Positions 1 to 10,894 of a stretch of DNA of 64,000 bases are shown here, piece after piece. The translations under genes and the position numbers were made by a program. Location of the stretch: positions 203,166-267,165 of the forward strand of contig CAZSDP010000001.1 of assembly GCA_964605665.1 (NCBI GenBank). The letters are read 5' to 3'. Each line of letters starts with the position of its first letter. Position 1 is the first letter of the stretch. The notes under the pieces are model-generated. The model worked only from the letters and a program-made list of their open reading frames with translations. It had not been told where the DNA came from and ran no database searches. The DNA is from an uncultured Planctomycetia bacterium. Lineage in GTDB: Bacteria; Planctomycetota; UBA8108; UBA1146.

Positions 1-519
1 CCACCAGTCGAACTCTGGTTCAACAGCCAAGGAGACAACGCGAAAGTCGCCCAAGCGGTCCAACAGAACCTCAAAGAGATCGGGATTGAAATCACCCTCA
101 AGCAGCTCGATTGGGCAGCCTTTATCGAAGCGTGCGATGCCGGAGAACCGGCGTTCTTTCGCTTGGGCTGGGTTGCCGACTATCCAGACCCAGAGAACTT
201 CCTCTATTTCCTCTTCCATTCCTCGAACAAGGGACCGAATGGAAATGTGTCATTCTACGATCGACCCGAAGTGGACGCTTTGATCGACCAAAGCTACTTT
301 GAAAGTGATCCCCAAAAGAGACTCGCACTGCTGCAAGAAGCAGAAGAGCTGATCCTCAAAGATTTCCCTTGGCTCTTTTTGACGTCGACGATGGAGGGAA
401 TTCTGGTCAAGCCCTACTTGAAAAACTTCAATCCGACCGCAATGGACGACGACAGTGCTGGAGGCTCACAAGTTCAATGGAATCGAGTCGAAATCGAAAC
501 TCCGAGCGGGACTGAATAA
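1..519 (+). CDS. ABC transporter substrate-binding protein, family 5 (peptide/nickel), C-terminal fragment (5' truncated by window edge)
   Basis: Frame 1 is open from nt 1. Translation contains 'GWVADYPDPENFLYFLF…NGNVSFYDRPEVDALID', typical of the OppA/DppA C-terminal lobe. It is followed by two permease genes. Confidence 0.8.
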   Translation, partial: PPVELWFNSQGDNAKVAQAVQQNLKEIGIEITLKQLDWAAFIEACDAGEPAFFRLGWVADYPDPENFLYFLFHSSNKGPNGNVSFYDRPEVDALIDQSYFESDPQKRLALLQEAEELILKDFPWLFLTSTMEGILVKPYLKNFNPTAMDDDSAGGSQVQWNRVEIETPSGTE

Positions 520-534
520 AGTCGAGGGCATTCG

Positions 535-1686
535 ATGTTGAGCTACACGCTGCGGAGAATTGCCGGAGTGATTCCGGTGATTCTCCTAGTGACACTACTG
601 GTCTTCACGCTGAATGCGTTGATTCCAGGAGACCCGGGACGAATCAGACTGGGTCAGCGCGCTGACCCAGATCAGGTCGCTGCGTGGAATTTCAAGCGTG
701 GCTACGACGCCCCTTTCATTCTGCAGTACCTACGTTATCTAGGGTTCGCTCCATCTCGGGTCTACCTCGATACCGCACTTCCCTCCGGGGAGCTCTCAGA
801 GGAGGCCTATGAGCAAGCGCGCGACCTACAGTCGCGTAATGCGCCACTCGAGGAGTACCAGGAGTTCGCGAAACAGTATCGACTGTCGGTCGATACCGAC
901 TCAGAGTTCGCAAAGAAGAGTCAGCCCCTTCTTTACCAATCGAGATTCCAAGGGGTCCTTCAGGGCAACTTCGGAGAGTCAGATGTCAAGGGGGGGAAGC
1001 GGGTTTTCCCAGTGATCGGGGAGGCGTTCCAGGTCACCCTAAGGCTTGCCTTCGGGTCGATTTTGGTCGCCATTTTTCTCGGCGTCTGCGCCGGAATCTT
1101 GTCCGCGGTCAAAAGCCGTACTTGGATCGACTACACGTCGATGGTTCTCGCCATCATCGGAGTATCCTTGCCCGTCTTCTGGCTCGGAATCCTGATGATC
1201 ATCTACGTTGCGCCAGTCGTTGGTTTACCGAGGAGTGGGTTCAATGACGCGACGCTACTGACGATGACGAAGTCGCTCGTCCTTCCCTGCATCGCCTTGG
1301 GCTTGATCTCGTCTGCAACGATCGCTCGATTGACCCGCTCGGCAATGCTCGACGTCTTGAGCCAAGACTATGTCAGAACCGCCAAGGCGAAAGGGCTCAA
1401 ACCCCGGATTGTCATTCTGAGACACGCTCTCCGCAATGCTTCGATCCCCATCGTGACCGTCGTCGGAAACTCGTTCGGCTATCTGCTCGTCGGAGCGGTC
1501 TTGACCGAGTCGGTGTTCGCCTTGCCCGGTCTCGGAAGAACAATCGTCGATTCCATCGTCCAGCGTGATCGGATGGTGATCACCGGAGGAATCTTGGTGA
1601 TGTCGGTGATTTTCGTCACCGTCAATCTACTCGTCGATCTCAGTTACGGATTCTTCGATCCGAGGGTGCGCCATGGCAGAGGTTGA
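535..1686 (+). CDS. ABC transporter permease, DppB/OppB family, with an extended ~140-aa periplasmic loop
   Basis: Multi-TM protein with the BPD-transporter signature region 'ARLTRSAMLDVLSQDYVRTAKAKGL' (EAA loop). Its end overlaps the next permease start. Confidence 0.9.
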   Translation: MLSYTLRRIAGVIPVILLVTLLVFTLNALIPGDPGRIRLGQRADPDQVAAWNFKRGYDAPFILQYLRYLGFAPSRVYLDTALPSGELSEEAYEQARDLQSRNAPLEEYQEFAKQYRLSVDTDSEFAKKSQPLLYQSRFQGVLQGNFGESDVKGGKRVFPVIGEAFQVTLRLAFGSILVAIFLGVCAGILSAVKSRTWIDYTSMVLAIIGVSLPVFWLGILMIIYVAPVVGLPRSGFNDATLLTMTKSLVLPCIALGLISSATIARLTRSAMLDVLSQDYVRTAKAKGLKPRIVILRHALRNASIPIVTVVGNSFGYLLVGAVLTESVFALPGLGRTIVDSIVQRDRMVITGGILVMSVIFVTVNLLVDLSYGFFDPRVRHGRG

Positions 1687-2584
1687 AAACCAACCACGCA
1701 AAGGTCGTTCGCCAACCCAGTTGGCAGTGCGAAGACTCAAGAAGAACCGCCTCGCGATGGTCGGCCTCGCAGCGGTGTCTGTCGTGGTGATCCTCGGCTT
1801 GTTTCCAGGTCTCCTCGCACCTCACGACTATGCACTGCAGTACCGAGACAATGATTCCTGGCAAGTTCCACCGATCTATTGGCCCGGCTTTTCAGGTGAA
1901 TCGAACCCGTCACATCCCCTCGGAACAGACGAGCTCGGAAGAGACGTCCTCTCGAGATTGATCTATGGAGCTGGAATTTCACTTCGAGTCGGTGTCGTGG
2001 GCACTGCGGTCGCCGTCTTGATCGGAGTTCTCTTCGGAGCCATTGCTGGCTATTTCGCGGGACTGACCGACTGGACAATTTCGCGATTGACCGACACCTT
2101 CTTCGCATTTCCGAGCCTACTCCTCGCCATCGGGATACTTGCCGTCTTCGAAGAGCCAAACGAGACGATTATTTTCGCGGCGCTCGGTCTAGTGGGTTGG
2201 CCAGGGGTCGCCCGAATCGTGCGAGGACAAGTGATCTCACTCCGAAACTCGGAATATGTGCTCGCGGCACAAGCACTCGGACAAAAGAATTCAGCGATCT
2301 TGATTCGCCACATTCTCCCCAATTGCATGGGGCCGATCGTGGTCGTGGCGACACTGATGATCGCAGGTAACATCCTCGCCGAGGCAGGACTGAGCTTCCT
2401 CGGAATCGGCCTCCCTCCTCCCAGTCCATCGTGGGGAAGAATGTTGGTCGACTCCAAGGAGTTTTGGCCAACGATGCCTTGGATGGGGGTCCTACCAGGA
2501 CTCGCCATCAGCTTTACAGTTCTCGGCTTCAATCTCTTTGGGGATGGCCTACGCGATGCGTTCGATCCGAAGATGAGGGCTTAG
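1673..2584 (+). CDS. ABC transporter permease, DppC/OppC family
   Basis: N-terminal OppC_N-like region, six TM segments and an EAA loop 'AAQALGQKNSAILIRHILPN'. Confidence 0.9.
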   Translation: MAEVENQPRKGRSPTQLAVRRLKKNRLAMVGLAAVSVVVILGLFPGLLAPHDYALQYRDNDSWQVPPIYWPGFSGESNPSHPLGTDELGRDVLSRLIYGAGISLRVGVVGTAVAVLIGVLFGAIAGYFAGLTDWTISRLTDTFFAFPSLLLAIGILAVFEEPNETIIFAALGLVGWPGVARIVRGQVISLRNSEYVLAAQALGQKNSAILIRHILPNCMGPIVVVATLMIAGNILAEAGLSFLGIGLPPPSPSWGRMLVDSKEFWPTMPWMGVLPGLAISFTVLGFNLFGDGLRDAFDPKMRA

Positions 2585-2648
2585 TACTTCGGCACCGACT
2601 TCCAAATAAAAACGACCAGTTGAACTCTCAGAACCGCTCCGCTCAACT

Positions 2649-3617
2649 TCAAGTCTGATCCTTAGGATCGAGAGCATCTCTCAGAGCATCCCCGAGATGC
2701 CCTAAGGCACCGAGCGTGGCGACAATGACCACAGAAGGGAAAAAGATCAGCCACCAGGGCGGATCGATCGGGGTCATCACTTCAAATGCGTCGCGTGAAA
2801 GCGTTCCCCAGCTCACCAAGGGGGCTTGTACCCCGAGACCAAGAAAACTCAAGAACGCCTCCACCAAGAGAATTTTTGGAATCGTCAGGGTCAAGGTGAC
2901 GATGATCACGGGGAGCAAGTTCGGAAACACGTGAGAACGAACCAACCGGGACGAGCTTCCTCCGAGCGCCCGCGCCGCCTCAACATATTCCCGTTCGCGT
3001 AATGAGATCACTTGGCCATGGACCACTCTTGCCATCGTCAGCCAGTAAACCAATCCCAAGGTCACCAAAAACACGGTGAGATTTCCCATTGTCCCCGAAA
3101 ACACCGGGACTCCTCTGGCGACCGTGACGAAGAAGATCACCAAGAAGATGAATGGGATCGAGTAAAGAACATCGACAATGCGCATCATCACATTGTCCAA
3201 CCAGCCTCCCACAAATCCTGCGGTAGCCCCCCAAAGTACGCCAATCGTCAAAGACACAAATGCGGCCGCAAGAGCGGTGACGAGAGAAATCCTCGCTCCC
3301 CATAGGATCCTCGAGAGCAGGTCGCGCCCCAACGCATCGGTACCGCAGAGAGCGTGAATCTCCGTATCTCCAAAGAGAAAACCTCTGACCGAATCATCGA
3401 GGTGAGATGCGGAGGAACGAACATCCAGTTGTGGGGGACTCAATGCCGCTGCGAGGTCGATCGCCTTCGGTGAGGACAAGGGGAGCCACGGAGTCGCGAG
3501 CGTCAAAAGACAAACAAAGCAGAGAAAGCAGAAGGCGGTGATCGTGCTCTTTCGCGCGAATAGTCGCCGTATCGCGCGCGATCCTGGACTTTTCGCAGAA
3601 GCAACCGCGTGCGGCAT
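2649..3617 (-). CDS. ABC transporter permease, DppC/OppC family
   Basis: 'YVEAARALGGSSSRLVRSHVFPNLLP' EAA loop. It is translationally coupled to the upstream permease (ATGA overlap at 3617). Confidence 0.9.
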   Translation of the reverse strand: MPHAVASAKSPGSRAIRRLFARKSTITAFCFLCFVCLLTLATPWLPLSSPKAIDLAAALSPPQLDVRSSASHLDDSVRGFLFGDTEIHALCGTDALGRDLLSRILWGARISLVTALAAAFVSLTIGVLWGATAGFVGGWLDNVMMRIVDVLYSIPFIFLVIFFVTVARGVPVFSGTMGNLTVFLVTLGLVYWLTMARVVHGQVISLREREYVEAARALGGSSSRLVRSHVFPNLLPVIIVTLTLTIPKILLVEAFLSFLGLGVQAPLVSWGTLSRDAFEVMTPIDPPWWLIFFPSVVIVATLGALGHLGDALRDALDPKDQT

Positions 3618-4534
3618 CAGGAACCTCCCACCCGTGGATCGAGGCCTCGTATCAGAAGATCCACAAGTAGATTGAAACTGCCGACCATCGCGGTGTAGAG
3701 CATCACGACCCCCATCGAGAGGGGATAGTCGCGATTCAAAGCAGCCTGGACGAAGTGACTCCCCAAACCGGGGATTGCGAAGACTTGCTCAATCACCAGA
3801 GACCCGGTGAGAATTCCGGCCGCGGCGGGACCGAGATAACTGACGACTGGGATAATTCCGGGGCGAAAGGCGTGCCTCCAGAGAGCTTGACTCGGGGTCA
3901 ATCCCTTCGCTCGCGCAGTACGGATGAAGTCTTCATTCATCGCTTCGCGCCAGCCGGTTCTCGCGAGACGAGCGATCGCGGCAGCAAATGGAAGCGCCAA
4001 ACAAACCGATGGCAAAACGAGATGTCGCACCCCGCCCCAACCAGCGGCGGGCAACCATCCGAGCCAAAATGAGAAGAAGAGAACCAGCGCGGATGCGAGA
4101 ACGAAGTTCGGAATCGCCAAGCCAAGACTAGACGCTGCCATCACCAGCGTGTCAGTTCTCTTCCCCGGGAAGAGCGCAGCGCGTGCTCCCGCATACAAAC
4201 CGAGACCCAATGCGATCACCAACGCCACGCCGCCGAGCAAGAGGCTGCGCGGAAGCCCCTGCCTGATCACCTCGACCACGCTATAGTCCACGAGTCGATA
4301 GCTCGGGCCCATATCTCCCTTGAGAGCAGCGGTCAAGTGCGACCAATACTGTCGGTAGATCGGGTCATTCAGTTTGTACTTCTCTTCGATCGCCTCGACG
4401 ACCGCGGCGGGAGGACTTCTCTCTTCGTCGAATGGTCCTCCGGGGACGGCACGCATCAAGAAGAAGGAGACGGTATAAACCGCCCAAAGGGTCAACAGCA
4501 GCCAGAGAGCTCGCTTGAACAGGAACCCGATCAC
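3617..4534 (-). CDS. ABC transporter permease, DppB/OppB family
   Basis: 'DFIRTARAKGLTPSQALWRHAFRPGIIP' EAA loop. Overlaps the SBP gene stop. Confidence 0.9.
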   Translation of the reverse strand: MIGFLFKRALWLLLTLWAVYTVSFFLMRAVPGGPFDEERSPPAAVVEAIEEKYKLNDPIYRQYWSHLTAALKGDMGPSYRLVDYSVVEVIRQGLPRSLLLGGVALVIALGLGLYAGARAALFPGKRTDTLVMAASSLGLAIPNFVLASALVLFFSFWLGWLPAAGWGGVRHLVLPSVCLALPFAAAIARLARTGWREAMNEDFIRTARAKGLTPSQALWRHAFRPGIIPVVSYLGPAAAGILTGSLVIEQVFAIPGLGSHFVQAALNRDYPLSMGVVMLYTAMVGSFNLLVDLLIRGLDPRVGGS

Positions 4535-6246
4535 CGAGTCTCTCCATCACTCTTAGAGTTCATCCACCGAAACAGCTTTGGCCACTGTTGGTCGAGAGCA
4601 TTCGGTCCGAGTCCTTGAAGCTCTGGGGAGATCATCGAGGTGGTGACTCCGTACCAGAGAGGGATCACCGGCCCACTTTCGAGTAACTGTCGCTCTGCTT
4701 CAAAGAGAAGCGTATCTCGTATGACACCATCGGGAGTACGTTCAGCCCGCGCGAGCAAGTCATCGTAAGTCGCGTCACTCCACCCAGTCCGATTCGAACC
4801 TGAATCAGTTCTAAAGACTTCCAGGAACGTCATCGGATCGAGATAGTCAGCAACCCACGAAGACGTCGCGACGTCATAGTCGAGAGCCCTTTGAGCATCG
4901 CGACTACTCTTACCCTCCAGATTTCGCAGGATCAGCTCGACTCCCAATTCACGCGCCCAAGTCTCTTGTAACCACTCCGCGACTCTTTGTTGGCGAGGTG
5001 ACGATGAATAGAGAAGCTCCAATTCTGGTGGTGGAGACCCCGCTGACTCCCCTGGAACTCGAAAACCCGCTCGACGCATCAGCTCTCGCGCCTGCTGAGG
5101 GTCAAAGCCGAGAGTGCCCCAGGTATCGGAGGTGATCTCGGTCGAAGAGAGCACACCCGCGGTCGACAGACATGCTCTCGCTTCTGGAAAAGGGGTCGAG
5201 GCCATCGGATCGAGTCGATTCAGGGCGATTTGCGGCCAAGGAACAAAACTCCAGGCCGGTTGTTCGCCTGAACCGATCACTCGATCGCAGAGCTCTCTTC
5301 GATCGATACTCATCGATAGAGCTCGCCTCAACGATTCGGACAATCGCTCAGCCCGGGTGGCATTGACTCTCAGAAATGCGATTTCCAGATGCGGTCGACG
5401 AGTGAAGACGCCCGCGAATTCTTGGTTCCCGACAAGATTTGGAATCACCGCATGAGGGATCTGAGTGATCCAGTCTGCTTCACCGGTGAGGAATAAATTC
5501 AATAGAGTGGTGGGGGACTCAGCAGAGAGGAAATCGATCGTCGAAACGGAAACCTCAGTCGATCCCCAATAGTGAGGATTCTTCTCCACACGAACCCGGT
5601 CACGGAGCCACCGATCCGCCAGCGAGTATGGTCCATTGGACACCAGTCGATTGGGAGCGAGAAGCGCAGACCCACCCGACTCTTCGACACTCTGGCGATG
5701 GACAGGAGCCAGGGGATAAAAGCTGGTCAACGAAAGAAAGTACGGAACTGGCTTTTCGAGTTCGACAATCAAGGTCTGCGGATCGGGACAGCGGATCGAA
5801 ACCGCGTCTCGTGATCCAATTCCCGAGGTGTATTCACGAGCACCGACGATCGGCCAAAGAAAAGACCCGTAAGCACAGCCCTCGCGTGGATCGAGCAATC
5901 TGAGCCAAGAGAACCGAAAATCCTCAGCGGTGAGGGGATCGCCATTCGACCACTGAAGTCGATCACGCAGCGTGAATTCGATCTGGCGACCATCGGGGGA
6001 GACCCGCCAAGACTTCGCGGCACCCGGGAGCGGCTCCAGAGTATGCGGATCCGCGATCGTGAGTCCTTCGAAGAGCGCCCGAAGCACTCTCCCTTCCGCG
6101 ACCGCTGTCACACGAGCAGGATCGAGGCTACCAGGGTCTCGGCCGATCCCGACCACCAATGTCGTTCGATCACGGGGCACTGACCCTGCGGCCAACAGAA
6201 AGGCCAGGTACAAAATGACGGAGAGCGTCATGATGACTCGACCCAA
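4531..6246 (-). CDS. ABC transporter substrate-binding protein, family 5 (peptide/nickel)
   Basis: 571 aa with an N-terminal signal-like hydrophobic segment. SBP_bac_5-like motifs ('WSNGDPLTAEDF', 'ADYLDPMTFLEVF'). It is the first gene of a minus-strand SBP–permease–permease operon. Confidence 0.85.
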   Translation of the reverse strand: MGRVIMTLSVILYLAFLLAAGSVPRDRTTLVVGIGRDPGSLDPARVTAVAEGRVLRALFEGLTIADPHTLEPLPGAAKSWRVSPDGRQIEFTLRDRLQWSNGDPLTAEDFRFSWLRLLDPREGCAYGSFLWPIVGAREYTSGIGSRDAVSIRCPDPQTLIVELEKPVPYFLSLTSFYPLAPVHRQSVEESGGSALLAPNRLVSNGPYSLADRWLRDRVRVEKNPHYWGSTEVSVSTIDFLSAESPTTLLNLFLTGEADWITQIPHAVIPNLVGNQEFAGVFTRRPHLEIAFLRVNATRAERLSESLRRALSMSIDRRELCDRVIGSGEQPAWSFVPWPQIALNRLDPMASTPFPEARACLSTAGVLSSTEITSDTWGTLGFDPQQARELMRRAGFRVPGESAGSPPPELELLYSSSPRQQRVAEWLQETWARELGVELILRNLEGKSSRDAQRALDYDVATSSWVADYLDPMTFLEVFRTDSGSNRTGWSDATYDDLLARAERTPDGVIRDTLLFEAERQLLESGPVIPLWYGVTTSMISPELQGLGPNALDQQWPKLFRWMNSKSDGETR

Positions 6247-6513
6247 TCGGGATTCCTTTCTGAAGCGGAGAGGCCCCGCTCACGCCGCCCATCGCTCTCG
6301 ATCAAAGTTGCATCGCCCGCGAGGATGCGCCCTATCGAAGAGAGTGTCCAATGATCTGAGCGACTCCCGAAGGCGAATTCGCGCAAAAACGAAAGATCGT
6401 CGCACTCGATTTTCACCTTTGCGGAGGCTGAATCGTTATCCTGACTCCATCAGTTCAGCGACCGGGGGGAGGATCAAAGCGTGACGAACAGCGGGCCAAT
6501 CCAGTCCACGAAG

Positions 6514-7167
6514 ATGCGAATCGTTCACCGTTGCAGGTCGTACCTATTGATGGTGAGCCTGCTCCTCGCTAGCTGTACAACCCCGATGAGTCTGATCGAA
6601 GAAGCGAACGAGGGAGGACGCCACGAACGCCGAGACGCGCTCGATAAGCTCGGTGAACTCGCCAGTCGAGAACAAGGCTTCCCCGACGATCCTGAACTTC
6701 GCGCTGCACTCAATCGCACTCTCGTGGAGCGATCCGCGGTCGAACCAAACCCGAGTTTACGGGCGCAAATGTTAAAAATCGCGGTCGACGCAGATCTCCC
6801 CGCCGCTTCAGAGTTGTTACTGAAAGCGTATAAAGACTCTCATCTCGCCGTCCGTCTCGAGGCGGTGTCCTCGATCACCGCTCTCCCATCGGACGCTCGT
6901 CGTGAACAACTCAAACGACAACTCGACTCCGATGACGATGCTCTCCTGCAAATTGCCGCGGCCTCCGAATACAGCGAAGTCGGGAGCATTGAGTGGGTTC
7001 CCGACTTGGTCGGCGTCATCGTTGATCCCCGTATCGACATCAATATTCGATTCCAAGCCTACTTGTCCGCTCTCGCCCTGACCGGCGAGGAATTGCTGTT
7101 CCTCCCGGCTGAGTGGGAACGCTGGAGCAATCGCACCCGGCAATCCCAAGAGAAATCGACCCCCTGA
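6514..7167 (+). CDS. HEAT-repeat lipoprotein (hypothetical)
   Basis: Internal Met followed by lipobox 'LLMVSLLLASC'. Repetitive α-helical 'LAVRLEAV…' HEAT/PBS-like repeats. The ORF track start at 6481 is also possible. Confidence 0.45.
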   Translation: MRIVHRCRSYLLMVSLLLASCTTPMSLIEEANEGGRHERRDALDKLGELASREQGFPDDPELRAALNRTLVERSAVEPNPSLRAQMLKIAVDADLPAASELLLKAYKDSHLAVRLEAVSSITALPSDARREQLKRQLDSDDDALLQIAAASEYSEVGSIEWVPDLVGVIVDPRIDINIRFQAYLSALALTGEELLFLPAEWERWSNRTRQSQEKSTP

Positions 7168-8267
7168 TGGGGAAGACCACCCCCCTCGATCGAGAAAACC
7201 GTCGCAAGAAATCCTTTTGGTTCGGGGTGAAGGCGCTCCTGGCGATCGGTCTGATCGGTTATCTCCTTCGCAGTGGAAAAATCGACCTCGAGACCCTTCG
7301 CGTGGCGACCCCGAGCAAAATCGTCGTTGCTCAACTCTTCTGGTTTTCCGCATTTCTTCTCACTGTACTGCGATGGCGACTCCTTCTGATCGCACTGGGA
7401 GTTCCCCACCGATTTCGAGATACCCTCCGGCTCAGCGGCCTTGGACTTTGTTTCAGTCAGGTGATCCCCGGCGCGACGGGTGGAGACTTGGTACGGGGGG
7501 TCCAGATCGCCCGCGAGAGCCCCGGAAAGGGCTCAAATGCCGTTCTGTCGGTACTCCTCGATCGAGCGATCGGTCTGACCGCCCTCACCGCAATCGGAGT
7601 GATCGGTGTCGTTCTGAGTCCTGCAGAAATGCGGGATAGTCCTCTTCTCAATCGCCTTGGCTACCTCCTCAGCGCCCTCTTTCTCGCGACCATAATCGTG
7701 GGTGCCCTGCTCTTCTGGCGGCGATTGTGGACCGACACTGTTTTGTCCCGCTGGCTCTCCGTCCTTCCCGGTCATCGCTGGTTTCTTCGATTGGGGGAGG
7801 CCCTTTGGCAGATGAAGCGGCGCGTTCGGACCTTGGTCGCCTGCTTTCTGATTTCGGTCGCATCTCATGGATTGTTCGTCCTCACCGCCTTTTCACTGGC
7901 GAAGAGCCTCTCTGGCGACGTCCCCTCAATCGGACGCTACTTCCTCTTGGTCCCCTTGGGTCAGCTCGCATTCAGCCTCCCTCTGACTCCGGGCGGAACC
8001 GGAGTCGGCCAATGGGCTTACGGAGAGCTCTTTCAGTCGGTGGGAGAAGCAAATGGGGCCGAACTCGCCACCCTGCTCCAAGCCACCTCGGTCTTCTGGG
8101 CGATTCTCGGCGCCTTCGCGCTCTTCCGGGGGGGGCGGGCCATCGGCGAAATTTGGTCAGAAAGCGTGGATCAGGGAGATGAGATCGAATTTGGCCACTC
8201 CACCCCATCCCCCTCACCTGAAGGAGAGATCCGCCAACCACCGAGAGACCCAACATCTGACCGCTGA
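7167..8267 (+). CDS. Integral membrane protein, lysylphosphatidylglycerol-synthase-TM-region-like (UPF0104 / flippase-like family)
   Basis: ATG overlaps the upstream stop (TGATG). There are ≥7 predicted TM helices. 'GATGGDLVRGVQIARE' and 'LLAIGLIGYLL' resemble the LPG_synthase_TM family. Confidence 0.55.
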   Translation: MGKTTPLDRENRRKKSFWFGVKALLAIGLIGYLLRSGKIDLETLRVATPSKIVVAQLFWFSAFLLTVLRWRLLLIALGVPHRFRDTLRLSGLGLCFSQVIPGATGGDLVRGVQIARESPGKGSNAVLSVLLDRAIGLTALTAIGVIGVVLSPAEMRDSPLLNRLGYLLSALFLATIIVGALLFWRRLWTDTVLSRWLSVLPGHRWFLRLGEALWQMKRRVRTLVACFLISVASHGLFVLTAFSLAKSLSGDVPSIGRYFLLVPLGQLAFSLPLTPGGTGVGQWAYGELFQSVGEANGAELATLLQATSVFWAILGAFALFRGGRAIGEIWSESVDQGDEIEFGHSTPSPSPEGEIRQPPRDPTSDR

Positions 8268-8421
8268 GACCACTTGCCGCTCCGAGGAGGCTTCGCTATC
8301 CTCTTACCGGTTACGGTGATGGGGAGACGCGTTGACGATTCCCAACGAAATCCATGGGATGATCCCGCGATCTGACCGCAACCCGATTCATGTGACTCAA
8401 GCAATCGAATGGACCTGAACC

Positions 8422-8646
8422 ATGTCTGTCCACAAGACTTTGAAAGCGGGCGATGGGCTGAAGCGAACCCGCAACGTGTTGAACCGCTACGAGAGAATCT
8501 TAGAGCTCGAACGACAGGGCGATTTCAGTGAGGGGCAAAGTCCCTACGGACTGCGCAAAGTCCGCATCGCCAAACCAAAGAAACGCGGAAAGACCAAGAA
8601 GAAGAAAGAAGAAGCTGCGGCCGAAGAGACCGGAGGGGTGTCTTGA
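8422..8646 (+). CDS. Small basic protein with a Lys-rich C-terminal tail (hypothetical)
   Basis: 74-aa ORF ending '…KPKKRGKTKKKKEEAAAEE'. I recognise no family. Confidence 0.35.
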   Translation: MSVHKTLKAGDGLKRTRNVLNRYERILELERQGDFSEGQSPYGLRKVRIAKPKKRGKTKKKKEEAAAEETGGVS

Positions 8647-8772
8647 GCGCCATCCGATGGTAAGCGCTTTGTCTCAGGTTTAAGCTTTGCTGGTCATGGC
8701 CGCGCCGCAATTCGTGGTAGCGGCCAATTTCGTGAGTTTGACCGATCGCGACACGTCGACGCGATCTCCTCC

Positions 8773-10833
8773 ATGACCGTCCCGCCTCAGGGGCACGATT
8801 CTGCTGATCGCAGGGAGTTCCCGATGCTTCGAATTCTATTCAGCGCGACCCTTTTGATCGTTCTTCTCCTCCTCGCCGGGTGCACTTCGAGCGACTCAGG
8901 GAGCTCTGCGAATCAGGAAGGCCAATCGTCGTCCGGAGGTTCAACCGAGAGCTCGAGTCTCTCTGATGCCGGGGGAAGTGAGATTGTCGAAGTCACCTAC
9001 AATCTCGAGATTCCAAATGTCTCCTACCAACTCAACCCCGATGCCGGAGATCCATCAGTTTCTGCTGAAGACGGTGGCCCCGGTTTCACTGGGGAAGGTT
9101 GGGAAACGAATTTGGAGTTCCCAGCGATCGGTTCTAGTGAAGCGGTCAAGGGAGGATCCCTCTCCACCGACATTCTGGACTGGCCCGCAACTTTGCGGAT
9201 GGGGGGACAAAATTGGAACACCTCCCTGAACTATCTCGTTCGCGATCTCTGTTACCCAGCATTGATTCAGCAACACCCGGTCACTCTGCAGTTCATTCCA
9301 GCTATCGCGTCACACTGGAAGATTTCCGATGACAAGATGACCTACCAATTCCGGATCAATCCAAAGGCGAAGTGGAGTGACGGAACACCGGTCACCGCTG
9401 AGGACTACGTCGCCTCCTACAATCTCTGGCTCGATCCGACGATTCTCTTCCCGAGTAACCAAGTGGTCTACGGAAAGTTCGCGCCCCGCGCCCTCTCCAA
9501 ATACATCTTGGAAATCCAATGCTCAGAAGAGAATTGGCGCAACTTGCTCTACTCGGGCGGAATGGTGATCTTGCCAGCGAAAGAGATCGAAGGCCTCACC
9601 GGTACTGAGTACTTAGACAGATACCAATTTGCCTACACTTCATTCTGTGGGCCGTACCAGGTGTCTGCGGATGATATCGAGATGAATCGCTCGGTCACTC
9701 TCACCCGGAATCCGGATTGGTGGGATGCAGACAATCCCGCTTGGACCGGCCTCTACAACATCGATGAAATTCGGTACGAGGTCGTCAAAGAAGCGGCACT
9801 TGTCTACGAAAAAGCAAAGCGAGGAGAGCTCGATTACTATGTGATTCCTCGAGCAAAGTGGTTTGCTTCCGACCTTCCAAAAGAAGATGTGTGTATCCGC
9901 GGCCTACTGGTACGCCACAAAATCTTCAACGATTCTCCAATCGGAACTTCAGGCATCGCGATGAATCGCCAACGCTCCCCCTTGGGAGACGTCAGGATGA
10001 GGAAGGCGATCTCACATCTTTTCGATCGCGACACCATGATTGAGAAGCTGTTCTACGACGAATACGAGAAACTCAACAGTTATTGGCAAGGCGGGACCTA
10101 CGGGAACCCCAAAAACGTCACAGTGGAGTATGACGAGCTTGCTGCCGATGAACTCTTGAACGAAATGGGCTACACCGAGCGAAACGACACGGGTTTCAGG
10201 ACGAAAGACGGAAAAATCCTGGAACTCGACCTGATGTATCGATCGAAGCAGAGCGAGATCTACCTCACGATCATCCAGGAGTCATTCGAACGGTTAGGAA
10301 TCAAGCTCAATCTGAAACTCCTGACCCCCTCCACCTTCTGGAAGAACTTGCAGGAAAAAGAGTACGAGCTCTCGATGATGAATTGGGGTGCGCTCGTCAT
10401 TCCCAATCCAGAGACATCCTGGAAGAGCACCCTCGCCCAGGAAAAAAATAACAACAATGTCACCGCCTTTGAGAGCGAACGCGTCGATGAACTCCTGATC
10501 GCCTACGACCGGGAGTACGACATCCAGAAGCGGCGCCAGATCATTCGTGAAATCGATGGCATCGTCTACAACGAACACCCCTATGCACTCGGTTGGTACA
10601 AACCAGCTCAGCGCGTCGTTTTCGCCAACAAGTTTTCTTGGCCTGAGTGGGGCACGAGTCGTATCTACGGTGATACTCAGGAACTGATTTACGTCTGGTG
10701 GGTTGACCCGGAAAAAGAGAAAGCACTCGAACAAGCGCGTAAAGACTCAACAATGAAGCTCGAGATCCCGCCACTGGAAAATCGCTTTTGGCCTCAGTGG
10801 AATGCTGCGCAAGAAGCGAAGGGATCCCTCTAG
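8773..10833 (+). CDS. Large (686 aa) oligopeptide-type ABC substrate-binding lipoprotein, family 5
   Basis: Lipobox 'LLLAGCTSS', a low-complexity S/G linker, then an SBP_bac_5 core ('KWSDGTPVTAEDY', 'NPDWWD'). It is the first gene of a 5-gene opp-like operon. Confidence 0.85.
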   Translation: MTVPPQGHDSADRREFPMLRILFSATLLIVLLLLAGCTSSDSGSSANQEGQSSSGGSTESSSLSDAGGSEIVEVTYNLEIPNVSYQLNPDAGDPSVSAEDGGPGFTGEGWETNLEFPAIGSSEAVKGGSLSTDILDWPATLRMGGQNWNTSLNYLVRDLCYPALIQQHPVTLQFIPAIASHWKISDDKMTYQFRINPKAKWSDGTPVTAEDYVASYNLWLDPTILFPSNQVVYGKFAPRALSKYILEIQCSEENWRNLLYSGGMVILPAKEIEGLTGTEYLDRYQFAYTSFCGPYQVSADDIEMNRSVTLTRNPDWWDADNPAWTGLYNIDEIRYEVVKEAALVYEKAKRGELDYYVIPRAKWFASDLPKEDVCIRGLLVRHKIFNDSPIGTSGIAMNRQRSPLGDVRMRKAISHLFDRDTMIEKLFYDEYEKLNSYWQGGTYGNPKNVTVEYDELAADELLNEMGYTERNDTGFRTKDGKILELDLMYRSKQSEIYLTIIQESFERLGIKLNLKLLTPSTFWKNLQEKEYELSMMNWGALVIPNPETSWKSTLAQEKNNNNVTAFESERVDELLIAYDREYDIQKRRQIIREIDGIVYNEHPYALGWYKPAQRVVFANKFSWPEWGTSRIYGDTQELIYVWWVDPEKEKALEQARKDSTMKLEIPPLENRFWPQWNAAQEAKGSL

Positions 10834-10894
10834 TCACTCTGACACGCTCGTCGTTCGGTTTCTGATCACCCCCGACTGGAGGAGCGGAAGCACC